A stretch of 64,000 bases of DNA from an uncultured virus (IMG/VR IMGVR_UViG_3300004481_000138) (lineage: Duplodnaviria > Heunggongvirae > Uroviricota > Caudoviricetes): IMG/VR virus record IMGVR_UViG_3300004481_000138; one strand, written 5' to 3'. The notes beneath the pieces are model-generated. The model saw nothing but the letters and a program-made list of their open reading frames with translations. It was not told the DNA's origin and did no database searches. Position 1 is the stretch's first letter, and each line of letters starts with the position of its first letter. This document shows, in pieces, positions 1-11,670 of the stretch. The position numbers and the translations under genes are program-made.

Positions 1-159
1 ATAAAAACAATCAACCCAATTGTTACAATCATTACAGTACTCATTACTATCAATGCCAAACTTGGTATATCATTAAACTTTATTATTAAATATACCATAG
101 CACTTAATAAAATAAAAAATAGCACCACACCAAACATTATAATCAAACTTTCCATTTTT

Positions 160-468
160 TCATTCTTGATAAAGTATTTCTTTTTTTAACTTTTTTGCTA
201 ATATTATCTCTCTTTTTGAACCTTTACTATTTTTATAATTATTTAATACATATACTATATCTACTCTTTTTATAAGCACAAAACATTCCTTCATAATTTT
301 TTCATATCCTATCATTTCTTTGTGCCCTAAAAAATTGGTGTGTGGACATATTACCGCATATCCTTTCTTAGCAATCCTTATTCCTTCCTTTTTTGCTTTC
401 TCTATATTTTTCATTATATTATCTTCCTTAGCATCTGTATATTTTCCTATTATATATATTACTTTCAT
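160..468 (-). CDS. DUF4406/nucleoside 2-deoxyribosyltransferase-like small Rossmannoid protein
   Basis: From the likely start MKVIYIIGKYT: CPH motif, D-x-VYVL, SKGSKRE, typical of viral DUF4406/DUF1937-like proteins. Confidence 0.55.
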   Translation of the reverse strand: MKVIYIIGKYTDAKEDNIMKNIEKAKKEGIRIAKKGYAVICPHTNFLGHKEMIGYEKIMKECFVLIKRVDIVYVLNNYKNSKGSKREIILAKKLKKEILYQE

Positions 469-469
469 T

Positions 470-2671
470 CTAATTAAACTCACCACTAGGTAATCCAAAA
501 ATATCATCTCTTGACTTGCTTTCTTCCTCAGTTTTTTGCTGTTCAAAGGTTTTCAGTAAGTCAGGCGGACCTTGTATTTTATAATCATTAGTCTCTGTAA
601 CATCAATTTTTACATTTGTCTTCTCTAAATACCATCTAACTATATCATAATCCATATCTTTATATGTCTCTCTCTGATTTATTATACGTGAAAATCTTAC
701 AAGTGTTTGAAAAAATATTAATGTGCGTGCGTCAAATATAAAGCCATATTCTTTTACTATCTTTCTAACTATTTTGAATGCATCAATATCGTCTTTGCAA
801 TGTTTATATTTTATTAGTGTTTTAAAAAAATTCTCTAACTCTTCAGTATATAATACTCGTAAAATTTCAATATTTTCTGAAATTACTGTACGACTACCGT
901 TCAATGATATTATTTCATCTAATTCAGGATTTGGTTTTTCATTAACTAAATAAAAATAAAATGGTGCACGTTCATGCAAAGCATAATCCATACCGTCTAT
1001 CCACCAAACCATTTTTTGTTTAAATTCTAATCTTTTATCTCTTATAACCTTTCTCAGTTGTGGATTCTCGTATTTGTGTATAGGCAAAAATAAGTCCCAA
1101 CTTTCATCCCAATCCTCTTTTTCTATACCGTCCATAGTCATATTTAAGTCCTTATATGCCTTTCTTACCGCTCCTCTATATTGGCCAACATGCTCATAAT
1201 CTAAGTTTTGGCTAATATTAACATGACTTGTACGTTTATTACTAACTCCAACACTTCCAGCCTTGTCATAACTGTAATTATCTTCTAATAAAAAACTTTT
1301 CAAGTTTTGTATTAACTCCTTGTTCTCTCCAGCCTCGTCAATATGTATTGAACGATAGCTTCCGAGATGCCCAACTGTTATTACTTTAATATCTTTGCCA
1401 AACAAATTTATATTACTTCTTGTGCCCCTCAGTCCAGGAACACTTATAGACAAGCCATTTGAAGAAAGGTTATAGTAATGATTGAGCAAGAACGGGTAAT
1501 ATTTTAATACTAAAGACTTACCAGTACTTGGGTCTCCCACAATCATTACATTTAAAGATAACCTTTCTTTCAAATGACTTGCTAAGGTCTGTAGGATGAG
1601 CGCACACTTGATTGGATTTAATCCATATATTCTTATTCCTGTCTTCTCCTCAACATAATCATCACATACTTTTTGTAATGTATATAAATAATTCTCATTA
1701 GGCTTCAATAGTGGTAGTTTGAAAACGTTTGTTTCCGGCTTCTTTACATCAACTATATGAAACATCATTGTTTTAGTTCCCGAAACTGTATATACAATCG
1801 CCTCATACTTGCCAGGCGGTATGTTCAAAAAACTTATTCCTTGCGCTCCTTTACGTTGTTTGTTTTCCTCATAATTTAGTTCATAAAAAAATGCTGTTTT
1901 ACAATTTTGATTATCGTTATCTGGATATAAAAATGCTTTACACAATCTTGACTTGAGTTCTCCCTCAGCATTTGTATAAGTATAAATTCCAGAACAATTA
2001 ATACCATTACGAGTATTACTTACAACCTCATATGATTTAGCCGTACTCACAGTTCCACACTGTCTACAACTGTAAGTGAACTCCATTGGATAATCAAAAC
2101 TAACAGCACCTGTAACTATATCAATAATTATGTGTTGTATAGTCTTCTTTGCTAATGGCTCAGTTATATCTAAATCAGGATTATCAAAATCATATTTAAC
2201 TATACAATCCCCCATCTCATCAACAATCAACTTTCTATACATTTCATAAGTACTCTCCTTATTAACCCAGTATACTCCTTCTTCCTCTGTTATTTCATCT
2301 TTCTTTAAACCTTGTTTGAATTGTTCTTCTTTATTTAATAAACTTTTAACATAACGAAAAAGTTGTTCTCTCATCTCTTTATATATGTCAGGAAAAATAC
2401 GATACTTATTATCCTTATCAAATTTGCTTCTATTGTATTGTACAAACTTTTTTGACATAGATAAATCATTTCTCCTAAAATATACCTCACCGTCAGGACC
2501 TCTTCCTATCAACAAATATGTTATTAACTTTTTTACATCATCTGTTGATAAGTAACGGAAGAGATGTTTTTTGCAAAAACCTATTATTCTTATATCTTTA
2601 CTGTAACGTTCTATATCTTCTGTTGTTCTAGAAAAATCTAAACCTTCATTAACATTATTATCCTCTTCCAT
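470..2671 (-). CDS. mcm: Divergent MCM-family replicative helicase
   Basis: Zn finger CRQC..C..C, Walker A GDPSTGKS, SVPGL (cf. SxAGL), Walker B IHIDE, arginine-finger region ALHER, sensor-2-like DARTL. Confidence 0.85.
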   Translation of the reverse strand: MEEDNNVNEGLDFSRTTEDIERYSKDIRIIGFCKKHLFRYLSTDDVKKLITYLLIGRGPDGEVYFRRNDLSMSKKFVQYNRSKFDKDNKYRIFPDIYKEMREQLFRYVKSLLNKEEQFKQGLKKDEITEEEGVYWVNKESTYEMYRKLIVDEMGDCIVKYDFDNPDLDITEPLAKKTIQHIIIDIVTGAVSFDYPMEFTYSCRQCGTVSTAKSYEVVSNTRNGINCSGIYTYTNAEGELKSRLCKAFLYPDNDNQNCKTAFFYELNYEENKQRKGAQGISFLNIPPGKYEAIVYTVSGTKTMMFHIVDVKKPETNVFKLPLLKPNENYLYTLQKVCDDYVEEKTGIRIYGLNPIKCALILQTLASHLKERLSLNVMIVGDPSTGKSLVLKYYPFLLNHYYNLSSNGLSISVPGLRGTRSNINLFGKDIKVITVGHLGSYRSIHIDEAGENKELIQNLKSFLLEDNYSYDKAGSVGVSNKRTSHVNISQNLDYEHVGQYRGAVRKAYKDLNMTMDGIEKEDWDESWDLFLPIHKYENPQLRKVIRDKRLEFKQKMVWWIDGMDYALHERAPFYFYLVNEKPNPELDEIISLNGSRTVISENIEILRVLYTEELENFFKTLIKYKHCKDDIDAFKIVRKIVKEYGFIFDARTLIFFQTLVRFSRIINQRETYKDMDYDIVRWYLEKTNVKIDVTETNDYKIQGPPDLLKTFEQQKTEEESKSRDDIFGLPSGEFN

Positions 2672-2843
2672 GTGTTAGAGACCTCAATATAAAAAATATT
2701 GGACAAAATATAGTTATTTATATAAATAGTGAAAAAAGTTTGGCGAAATATTTTTGTTGTGTTAAACAATTTTTAAACAATTGTGTTATATAAATATTTT
2801 GTGGTTACAAAAATTTATATCTTAGAAGAAAAAAAGAAAAAAA

Positions 2844-3083
2844 TCACCGCAAACTGATATGTTTATCATTTTTTGGTTTTATTATTTTTTGTGGATGTAT
2901 TCCACAAGTTAAACACCAAACAGGCATCAAGAAACTAACATACTTTTTCTTGCTATCTTTATAACAATGGCGTTTCAGCCTGTGAGGCGTCTCTTTTCCA
3001 CAATGTACACAAAACTCATACACTTTCCTACTCATATGATTCATACCGTGGCCTTTCAAGGAATATCGCTTGCAAAGCTTCAT
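2844..3083 (-). CDS. Small Zn-ribbon protein
   Basis: CVHCGKETPH and CLTCG motifs; start uncertain. Confidence 0.35.
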   Translation of the reverse strand: MKLCKRYSLKGHGMNHMSRKVYEFCVHCGKETPHRLKRHCYKDSKKKYVSFLMPVWCLTCGIHPQKIIKPKNDKHISLR

Positions 3084-3668
3084 CCCTTGTTCCCCTATTT
3101 GGGGAATGCCTTATGTATGAATCATTTTATTGTCTTCTTGCATAAAGTCTCTTTAATCCTTCCTTGTATTCCATTCCTGTATCTTCACAGTATATTTTTA
3201 TACTGCGCTTGTTTTTCAATAACCACACGATAATTGTGGTTCCGTCTTCAGTTATAAACTCATCTATTTGTTTATAGTCACATTGGACTTTTTTATAGAT
3301 TACCATTTCTTGTATTACTATGTAATACAAATGGTTATGGCTTAATCACCCTTTTAAACTTTTCAACATCTTGAACATAATAATCAAAACTTCCATCATC
3401 TAAAATTCCAATAGTTTGGCCTCGCATGAAATCATCAAATTTCTTCATGTTCTTTTTCCCTATTTGTTTTTCAACATCTTTAATATTCATTCATATGCTA
3501 TAATATTGTATCACTATAAATATTTTGTGGTTACAAACGTTCATTATGCAAACTCTTTATAGGGAAGGATAAAACAGGTCTATATTCCTCACTTCTCTCT
3601 CTTCTTTAATTCATTAAAACATTAAAATAATAATATTATAATAATGTTAATAAGTATAGTTAGTTATG

Positions 3669-3868
3669 CCGTTACGAGGGTTACGATGTGTGAAATTAAG
3701 TATAAAAAAATGTCAATAGTGTGGGTTACGACAAGGGTTACAGGGTTACGACACGGGTACATCATGAATTACAAAAGGGTTACGGCAATAGGGTACCGTA
3801 ACGATATTAATGAAGTCTTAATGACAAAAATTTATACTTAAATTTAGTGGTCGTAACCCTCGTAACGG
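3669..3868. repeat. Iteron cluster bounded by an 18-bp perfect inverted repeat; candidate replication origin
   Basis: CCGTTACGAGGGTTACGA (3669-3686) is the exact reverse complement of 3851-3868; GGGTTAC/GGGTAC copies at ~3723, 3735, 3743, 3754, 3777, 3791; intergenic between divergent arms near mcm. Confidence 0.65.
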
Positions 3869-5566
3869 TATATATATAGAGGCGCTTGGTCTGTACAAAA
3901 AAAATTAATGAAGAAAAAAAGCATATTTTTGTGGTTTTCTTCTTATAAAAAAACGACTTCACTATTATTAACACGTTAAAACATAGACTAAGCAAAAAAA
4001 CACGTTTCTCAAAACAAAACATATTTAGAAATATATTGTAGAATATATTTTACAGAATATAATAGAATAGTATGAGGAAGTAATATGTTTGTTTTTCACA
4101 AAATTTAAATATTTACTTATACAAAAACGTATAAAAAGGTGATGTATAATGACAAAACATAATATAGAAATGATTTGTAATCGATGTGGAGGAACACACT
4201 TACATGAAAAAAACGTAAGTATGCCACACACCAACAGGCATCTACATCAGATAAGATGTTGCCAATGTGGAATGATATTAAAGAGTTAAATCACAACATA
4301 TTTATAGTATAACAAACTTTTTATATTAATTTTAGAGGTGTTACAGTATATATGACTAATGCTGCAGATGCCGAACTTGAGGACTTAATAAAAAAATATG
4401 GCAAGCGTGAAGGCATAGGTATTATTATTGATGACTTTCATATAACATATATGCAATTACAAATGAAAGAGGAAAATCCAAATAAAGTATTAGAAGATAC
4501 TGTTAAAATGTTAAGACGGTTTTATGACCTTCCTGATGATAAACGTGTGAGAGACTGGTGAAACATAAAGATATTGAGATTGGAATATGTCCATTATGTA
4601 ATGTTAAAACAAGATTACGTTATCAGATAGGTAGTAAGAAATGTTTTATTTGTAAAAAATGTAGACCAACGATATGTATTTAAGGAGGCTAAAAATGTCT
4701 AAAACATATCTTGTACAAAAAGAAATACATAATATTTATGGATGGATTCTTGCCTTGTGGATACTTGTTTTTATATCACTTATTGTGGCTTTGTTTGCTC
4801 TATTTAAATAAGGAGGTATATAAAATGGATAAGAAACAAAAAAAGTTTTTGGTAGATAATGGTTGGGAATTTATAAAGAATGGTGTAGCTATTGATGTTG
4901 ACCAATTTGCAGAAGTAGAAGGAGAATGTTTTTTTGCTACACTAAAAGATATTGATTATAGAAAGTGTAATTTTTGGTTTAAAGATGAGTATGCTTCTGA
5001 TAATGAGGATGAAGTATTGGGAATAGCAGGATATGAAGAAGATAAGAAAAGTGATTGTTGAAACCACTAAACAAATTAGGAAACATTCTTGGAAGGATGA
5101 TGATATTGAATGGATACGTTTAGAAGATATACGTTGGTGGGTTAAAGAATATCATAAAAAACATAAAAAATGAAGGAAATATGATGAAAATAGAAACAAT
5201 AATTAGAGATGATAATAAATATGTTAAGGTTGATGAATTAATTAAGGAATATGATAGACTAATAAAAGAAACCAATAAATCAACTAAATATAATGATATG
5301 GAAAAATATCATATAATTACAATATTAATATATTTGAAGGACTTGATATAAATGGGATGGCAAACTATTATATCTGTAATTGCGTGTATTCTTTTTGTTT
5401 ATTTATTGTGGAGTATGTGGAGATATGATATAAAACCATTTATGCCGCCAAAAAATAAAAATGAGTAAAAAAAGAGATGGGTTTGGGTGTATAATTTGTG
5501 GTAGGATAACATATAATCCTAAACATTCTGCACAATCGCCTATGTGTAAAGAATGTTATAATATGT

Positions 5567-5830
5567 ATGCGTCTACTAAAAAGTAATGATATATTTTTTG
5601 AGGTGTTTATGAGAACCAATGTTAATAGATTACATATATTGGTGGAAGAGATGCATAAATTATTTATAGATAACCCTAATCGTATATATAGCATTAAGGA
5701 GTTACGAAGAAACTTTAGAGGTGTATATACCGATAGAGAACATTTTATATCTATTAAAAAATTGGTAAGTAATGGTATAGTTAATAGGCGTGTTATTATG
5801 CACAGTTCATACTATTGGCTACGGCGATGA
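5567..5830 (+). CDS. Possible winged-helix DNA-binding protein
   Basis: YSIKEL..IKKLVSNGIV..YYWL pattern. Confidence 0.3.
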   Translation: MRLLKSNDIFFEVFMRTNVNRLHILVEEMHKLFIDNPNRIYSIKELRRNFRGVYTDREHFISIKKLVSNGIVNRRVIMHSSYYWLRR

Positions 5831-6221
5831 GACAAACCATTTATAATTGTGCTTGTAAACCCTGTTAAACTATTATAATCGGTGAAATTTTAAAATAAAA
5901 ATTTAAAACCTATAAAAGGACTAAATAACAATAATTATGTAATAAACCTTAAATAACCGGCGAAATTTGGGGCTAATCACCCATATTTTTTTGTTGTTAT
6001 GAGGAAAAAACAAATGAATCGTATTATTGTGCTTGAGAAACTTATTAAACAATTAACAACTAAGCGCGAAAATTTGATTAATACTCAAAATATTGATACA
6101 CAAATTGATTTATATAATGCTGAACTGAAAGGGATAAAATATGGTATGGCAATAAATAAATATAATGGTAATTGTGCATCGTGTTATTATTATTATATTT
6201 CTAAGAAAGAAGGAGAATAAA

Positions 6222-6422
6222 ATGAAAACAAAACTAGGAAAGATGATAGAGGAACCAACGCCAAAGTGTAGAGTTTGCAAAACGTATGTCACAAAAGAGT
6301 TAAATTTGATTGGAACAAAGTTTTTGTATAAGTGCCGTAACTGCAATGCTGTTTATGAAATTGTTGGGGAACAAGTTAAAGAGAAGGTAGCATTAAAAAA
6401 TTTGTTACAAAAAAATAGGTGA
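6222..6422 (+). CDS. Small Zn-ribbon protein
   Basis: CRVC..CRNC; GGAG RBS before the ATG at 6222. Confidence 0.4.
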   Translation: MKTKLGKMIEEPTPKCRVCKTYVTKELNLIGTKFLYKCRNCNAVYEIVGEQVKEKVALKNLLQKNR

Positions 6423-7174
6423 AATCATAAATGAATCAAATACCGTTGTGGGTTTATTTTGCTGTACTTCCATCAATAATAGCAATAGGCGTTTTGGATT
6501 ATGTTGTTTTTAATAGATGGAATAAATGTGATAAATGTGGACATCAAAATACCTTATGGTATTATTGGATATTGCCAACTCTTGTTGAAGCATTTTTGTT
6601 TTTTTTAGGAATATTGATAGGATTTAAAATAGGAGTATAAAAGAATGAAAATATTTAAAGATATACATTTGACAAGTAAAGACTTAGCAAGTGTATTTAA
6701 GAAAGATTGGAGTATGCCAAAATGGTTGATGTATCCAATATGGTATTTAGTGTTATTTATTTATTTAGTAATCATAAAGTTTATATTTATTAATAGTTTT
6801 AACTACATAAAACATATAGGCAAAAATGAAAAAACATAAGTGTTATATAAGTGAAGAGGAGATAGGCATTAATTTAGAAACTTTAGAAAAAGATTATTTT
6901 TGTCCTATATGCCAAAAATTAGTAAAAACAGTAAAATTATTAAAAAGGTGATTAAAAATGATAAAAGCAGATGAAAGAGTAAGTTATAATGAAGCAGAAA
7001 AACAAAAATTTACTCATTTTGAGTTGTTAGTTAAAAAGGTTGAGGAATTACAGCGTGTAGTGAACGAGCACGCAGAGATATTAAGACAGAATAGTTTGGT
7101 TAAATTAACAACCGAACAAGCACCAATGTTTGATGATGACAGAGTATATAGTGAACTTGAAGAGGAGGATTAAA

Positions 7175-7774
7175 ATGGGGCTTAAGGATATATGGAACAA
7201 AACATCATTTGCTCGTAAGGCTGCAGAAGAGAAGGCAAAAAAGGAAGAGGATGACAGATTGAGAGAGAAAGTTAGGCAAGAGGTTGCTCCAGAGATAGAA
7301 CGTATTAAAATGGAGAAAATAAGAGATGAGGAGTTAGCAAAGGCAAGAGGTACATTTAAGCCAGAAGAGAAGAAGAAAAATCCTTTGGCAATGCTTGGTG
7401 AGGAGTTCAAACAAAGCAATATTGGAAGCAATGAGCAAATGGATAAGATATTAGGCAAGCAAACAACACAATCAATAGGAAGAGGAAACAGGTTGGATGA
7501 AAATATGCCTAAAGGAAGCATGCTAATGGACACAGGCAGGTTGCTTGATACAGTTACAAGTAGTAAAAGAGTAAATACTGAAAGAGATTTTGGAAGTATG
7601 TTAGGAAGAGATAAACTACAGAAAGATAAGGATTTGCCAGGAATGCTTGACGGGGGGAAATCGTTTAGTGGTGGGGATTTAGAGATGAAAAGGAAGTTGA
7701 TGGCAGAGAAAGTTGGTGGAATGGCAAAAGAGAAGGATGATGAAAGAATAAGAAGGATGTTGGGTAGAAGATGA
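7175..7774 (+). CDS. Charged, Met/Gly-rich hypothetical protein
   Basis: GAGGAGG RBS; N-terminal coiled coil; repeated xxMLG/ILG segments. Confidence 0.5.
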   Translation: MGLKDIWNKTSFARKAAEEKAKKEEDDRLREKVRQEVAPEIERIKMEKIRDEELAKARGTFKPEEKKKNPLAMLGEEFKQSNIGSNEQMDKILGKQTTQSIGRGNRLDENMPKGSMLMDTGRLLDTVTSSKRVNTERDFGSMLGRDKLQKDKDLPGMLDGGKSFSGGDLEMKRKLMAEKVGGMAKEKDDERIRRMLGRR

Positions 7775-8305
7775 ACTGGACCGAATTTAAAAATTTGTCA
7801 GGCGGTTTAAGAATAGTTTTTGTATTATTTTTATTATTTATTGGATATTTTACTGGTGGCATAATAGGAATTATTGTTGCTACACTAATTTCAGTTTATA
7901 TAATATATAGGAGTAGAAAATGAATTGTAAGGCGAAGGTAAGGACCAGCCACAACGGAATATTTAATAATTGTTCGCAGAAGGCAGTAATAATGGGATTA
8001 TGTATAAATCATTATACTATGATGATGTATGGAAAGAAAAATTATAAAAAGAAAGGTGACAAACATGACTGATGTTGGTAAATATAGTATATGGACGTTA
8101 GCACTATATTTTTTAGCATATTTATTATTACATTTATTAATAGTTTGGTTATATATGAATGAAAGTAAGGAATATTCAAAAAAATTATCTATAACACAGA
8201 CCGTTGATAAAAATTTAGAAAAAAAAATTAGGATACTAAAATATTGTGTAAGATGGTTTCCCGCGGTGTATGTGATATTTTTAATATTAGTATTAGCATT
8301 ATAAA

Positions 8306-8749
8306 ATGAGGTATATTTATTATACATGGACACAATTAATGCAGGATTGTAATAGGATAGCAAACGAATTAAAGTTATTAAAAAAACATAAAATTAAATG
8401 GATTTATGGAGTTCCTCGTGGCGGATGTATATTTGCTGTAATACTTTCTCATAAGTTAAATGCAAAATATTTAACAAGTTTAAAAAAGAAACACATTCCT
8501 GAAAATACCTTGATAATTGATGATGTTGCTGACAGTGGGAGAACGTTAAAACGTATAATCAACCACAAAAATTATATATCAGCCACAGCATTTATTAAGT
8601 TAGACACAGATTTTATACCTAATATATATTGCCGCACAGTTTCAAATAAGGTATGGATTGATTATCCATATGAGATAAATGGAAACATTTGGAATACAAA
8701 TAGAGGATGGAAGCGAGCAACTTCCAGAGATAGTAAGAGAGCAAAATGA
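8306..8749 (+). CDS. Type I phosphoribosyltransferase (xanthine/guanine PRT-like)
   Basis: GVPRGG, PRPP-binding LIIDDVADSGRTL, WIDYPYE. Confidence 0.85.
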   Translation: MRYIYYTWTQLMQDCNRIANELKLLKKHKIKWIYGVPRGGCIFAVILSHKLNAKYLTSLKKKHIPENTLIIDDVADSGRTLKRIINHKNYISATAFIKLDTDFIPNIYCRTVSNKVWIDYPYEINGNIWNTNRGWKRATSRDSKRAK

Positions 8750-9962
8750 GAAGGCAGTAGAATTATATGATTGGCAACGACGTGCAATAAACTATTTCTT
8801 CATACATAACAATAAGGCTATATTTGAGGTAACAACCGGTGCAGGAAAAACGTTTTGTGCTATTGAAATTCTTAAGCAAATACATGAAACAGAACCTGAA
8901 CTACGTTGTTTGATTGTTGTTCCAAAAAATGTAATATTAGAAACTGGGTGGTATAAAGAATTATATAATAATGGATATAGTTTAGCAGAGATAGGAGTAT
9001 TTTATGGTATGACTAAGGAATATGGCCGTGTAACTATTACAAATATGCAGTCATTAAGTAAGGTAGCACTTGAGTTATTTGATATAATTATATTTGATGA
9101 GATACATAATTATGGTACATTACGTCTTTTACCATATCTTGAATATAATTTTAAATATAAAATTGGATTAAGTGCTACTGTTGAAAGAATGGATAATGCC
9201 CATTGGAATATATTAAAAGCGTTTGATTATAATGTATTTATATATACACCACATCAAGCAATACAGGAAGGAGTACTTAACCCATTTAAATTTTTTAATG
9301 TTGCTGTTGAGATGGATTTAGAAAGTTATGAAGAATATTTAACTTTGACACAACAATTAAATACATTATTAATGAGTGGTGGCGGGTTCCAAAAACTTAT
9401 GCATTCTAAAAGTGGATTAAAGTTTAAAATGTTAAGTTTGATGAATAAACGTAAACAATTAGTTAATAATTATAGGAGAAAATTTGATGTTGTTAAACTA
9501 ATTTGTGAGAAATATCCTAATGAGAAGACACTTGTTTTTAATCAGTATAATTCACAAACAAATAAATTGTATTGGCATCTTTTAGAGAGCGGAATTAGTG
9601 CTAGAATAATGCATAGTGATATTCATAAAGAAGAAAGAAATAAAACATTAACAGATTTTAAGAATGATAAGTTTCAAGTACTTTTAGCGACAAAAATTCT
9701 CGATGAGGGGTACAACCTACCCGCTATAAGTTGTGGTATAATAATGGCTGGGGATAGTACTGCTAAGCAAACAGTGCAACGTTTGGGGAGGGTACTTAGA
9801 AGAAAGAAGAAAGAGAGTGTATTATTCCAAATATATTGTAAAGGGACGATGGAAGAGGAACAAGCACGTGAAAGAGCAAGACTATTTAAGGAATTAGCAA
9901 GTTATTATAATGATTATGTTTATGAATTAAATAAACCGTTGATGTTAGAAAATGAACAATGA
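8679..9962 (+). CDS. Superfamily II DExH helicase (XPB/Rad25-like)
   Basis: Q-motif LYDWQ, TGAGKT, DEIH, GLSAT, LDEGYNLP, QRLGRVLR. Confidence 0.9.
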   Translation: METFGIQIEDGSEQLPEIVREQNEKAVELYDWQRRAINYFFIHNNKAIFEVTTGAGKTFCAIEILKQIHETEPELRCLIVVPKNVILETGWYKELYNNGYSLAEIGVFYGMTKEYGRVTITNMQSLSKVALELFDIIIFDEIHNYGTLRLLPYLEYNFKYKIGLSATVERMDNAHWNILKAFDYNVFIYTPHQAIQEGVLNPFKFFNVAVEMDLESYEEYLTLTQQLNTLLMSGGGFQKLMHSKSGLKFKMLSLMNKRKQLVNNYRRKFDVVKLICEKYPNEKTLVFNQYNSQTNKLYWHLLESGISARIMHSDIHKEERNKTLTDFKNDKFQVLLATKILDEGYNLPAISCGIIMAGDSTAKQTVQRLGRVLRRKKKESVLFQIYCKGTMEEEQARERARLFKELASYYNDYVYELNKPLMLENEQ

Positions 9963-10164
9963 GGAAAAAAATATAATTGATAAACGTATGGAACAATTAC
10001 GTTTACATTGCGATGCTTTTATTGAATCGCGCGGTGTGCGTATACTTGTTAGATTGCAATGTATTAGATGTGGTGCGTTGTTTGCTGAGGACCAATTAGA
10101 CTTATTAAATCAACATTTGGACATGCATAGTTATGATATGATGGTGAAACAAAATGATGGATAG
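9952..10164 (+). CDS. C2H2 zinc-finger protein
   Basis: CIRCG..F....LLNQHLDMH. Confidence 0.55.
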   Translation: MNNEEKNIIDKRMEQLRLHCDAFIESRGVRILVRLQCIRCGALFAEDQLDLLNQHLDMHSYDMMVKQNDG

Positions 10165-11221
10165 TAGTTTGGGATTTGCAAAAAGGAAATTGATTGGAGA
10201 GATAATCAAGCAAAATTGGGGTGTGGCTAAGCCTGAGGATAAAAAAAGTTTTACACTTAATGATTTATTATATATTATACAAGAAATGACTACTATGGAA
10301 GGTCGTCCATATTTAGAGAGTAAGCAAAGTATTATGTACGGTCATGAGGTATTTAGAAGATTTGTTCAATTGTTGATGTATCGTAACTTAGCAAATTTTG
10401 ATAGTATGATATTAATTACTAGTGAGAAGGGTATGGGTAAGTCATCAGCAGCTATTATGATAGCAAAATATTGGTGCAAGTTGCAAGGAATTCGTTTTGA
10501 CCCAAGTCGTCATATAGCATATAACAATGCAGATTTAATGCAGAAAATAGATAATCTAAACAAGTTTGAACCAATCATTGCTGATGAAGCCATAAGGTTT
10601 GTTTCTTCAGAAGATTGGGCTAAGAAAGAAAACAAGGATTTAAAGAAAAGACTTGCACAAGTTAGGACTAAACACTTACTTTATATACTTTGCTTTCCAC
10701 TAAAAATTTATAAGGTTGAGAAAACCTATCTCGAGAACTATGTAAATTACTGGCTGGATTTGTATGGTAGGGGGGTTGGCGCAATATATGTTAGGGACAA
10801 GAATCCAGTGCAGGATAGTTGGAGGCAAAAAGAGTTTAATTTAGTTGGTAGTTATAATGAGTTTAGTAACCAACAGAAGATTTTGGAGCAGTTAAAAAAA
10901 CATCCTAACTTTTGGATACAAATTAAACTTCCTCGCCCACCTAGATGGCTTTATGAAAAATATTTGAAGGTTAGAGAGAAGAATGTTTATGATGACGAGA
11001 ATGTTTTGATGAATGTTAGTAAGGAAGATATTTGGAAGGCGTTACTTATTATGTCTTTGAGAGATATTATGTTGCACGATACTACATTAACCATGAATCG
11101 TATAATCTTACACATACGTTCTGAGTATGATGTAAATATAACTAAGCAAATGGTGGAAGCAGCGTTGGAAGATTGTAAACAACTGGTTTTAAAAGTTAGA
11201 GAGAAAGCGATAGAGGCTTAA
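10154..11221 (+). CDS. P-loop ATPase, candidate morphogenesis/genome-packaging ATPase
   Basis: Walker A variant SEKGMGKS, Walker B IIADEA, downstream QVR; resembles ATPases of non-tailed archaeal viruses; role inferred. Confidence 0.7.
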   Translation: MMDSSLGFAKRKLIGEIIKQNWGVAKPEDKKSFTLNDLLYIIQEMTTMEGRPYLESKQSIMYGHEVFRRFVQLLMYRNLANFDSMILITSEKGMGKSSAAIMIAKYWCKLQGIRFDPSRHIAYNNADLMQKIDNLNKFEPIIADEAIRFVSSEDWAKKENKDLKKRLAQVRTKHLLYILCFPLKIYKVEKTYLENYVNYWLDLYGRGVGAIYVRDKNPVQDSWRQKEFNLVGSYNEFSNQQKILEQLKKHPNFWIQIKLPRPPRWLYEKYLKVREKNVYDDENVLMNVSKEDIWKALLIMSLRDIMLHDTTLTMNRIILHIRSEYDVNITKQMVEAALEDCKQLVLKVREKAIEA

Positions 11222-11223
11222 GA

Positions 11224-11631
11224 ATGTCCGTAATAGCAGAAAAAATTTATAATATTGATTTGGTTGTGGAAGAGATTAAACTTGCTCCACAAACTTATAA
11301 TACAATATTGAAAGAGGAAGTCTTCAACGCCACCTTTCAGTTTTCTTTACGTCGTAAAATAAATAAGTTATGTCAGCAAGGTATTATCATGAAGACTACA
11401 ATACCTGGAACACGCTTTGGACAGGTTTTACTTTATATTGAACCTCGTAAATATAAAATGTTAGTTGAGGCTACTAGGATTGGTGTTAGTGTTTATTACT
11501 TTTTTGATTATGAGAAAATTAGCAAGTTTTATATTAAATTAGTACACTATTGGGAGCTTGATGGAGTAAATTGGATTGAGAAGAATGAGGAGAAGACTTT
11601 TTTTGAGGGTAAAATATTAAAGTTTATTTAA
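11224..11631 (+). CDS. Hypothetical protein, possible wHTH
   Basis: LRRKINKLCQQGII segment; lies directly after the ATPase. Confidence 0.35.
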   Translation: MSVIAEKIYNIDLVVEEIKLAPQTYNTILKEEVFNATFQFSLRRKINKLCQQGIIMKTTIPGTRFGQVLLYIEPRKYKMLVEATRIGVSVYYFFDYEKISKFYIKLVHYWELDGVNWIEKNEEKTFFEGKILKFI

Positions 11632-11670
11632 TCACAACATTTATATATTTTTACATAATTTAGTATTGAT

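Noticed and set aside
3644..3841. ORF with repeated VTRVT peptides
   Set aside because: It is the translation of the GGGTTAC iterons; a similar peptide appears in the opposite-strand ORF 3807..4022
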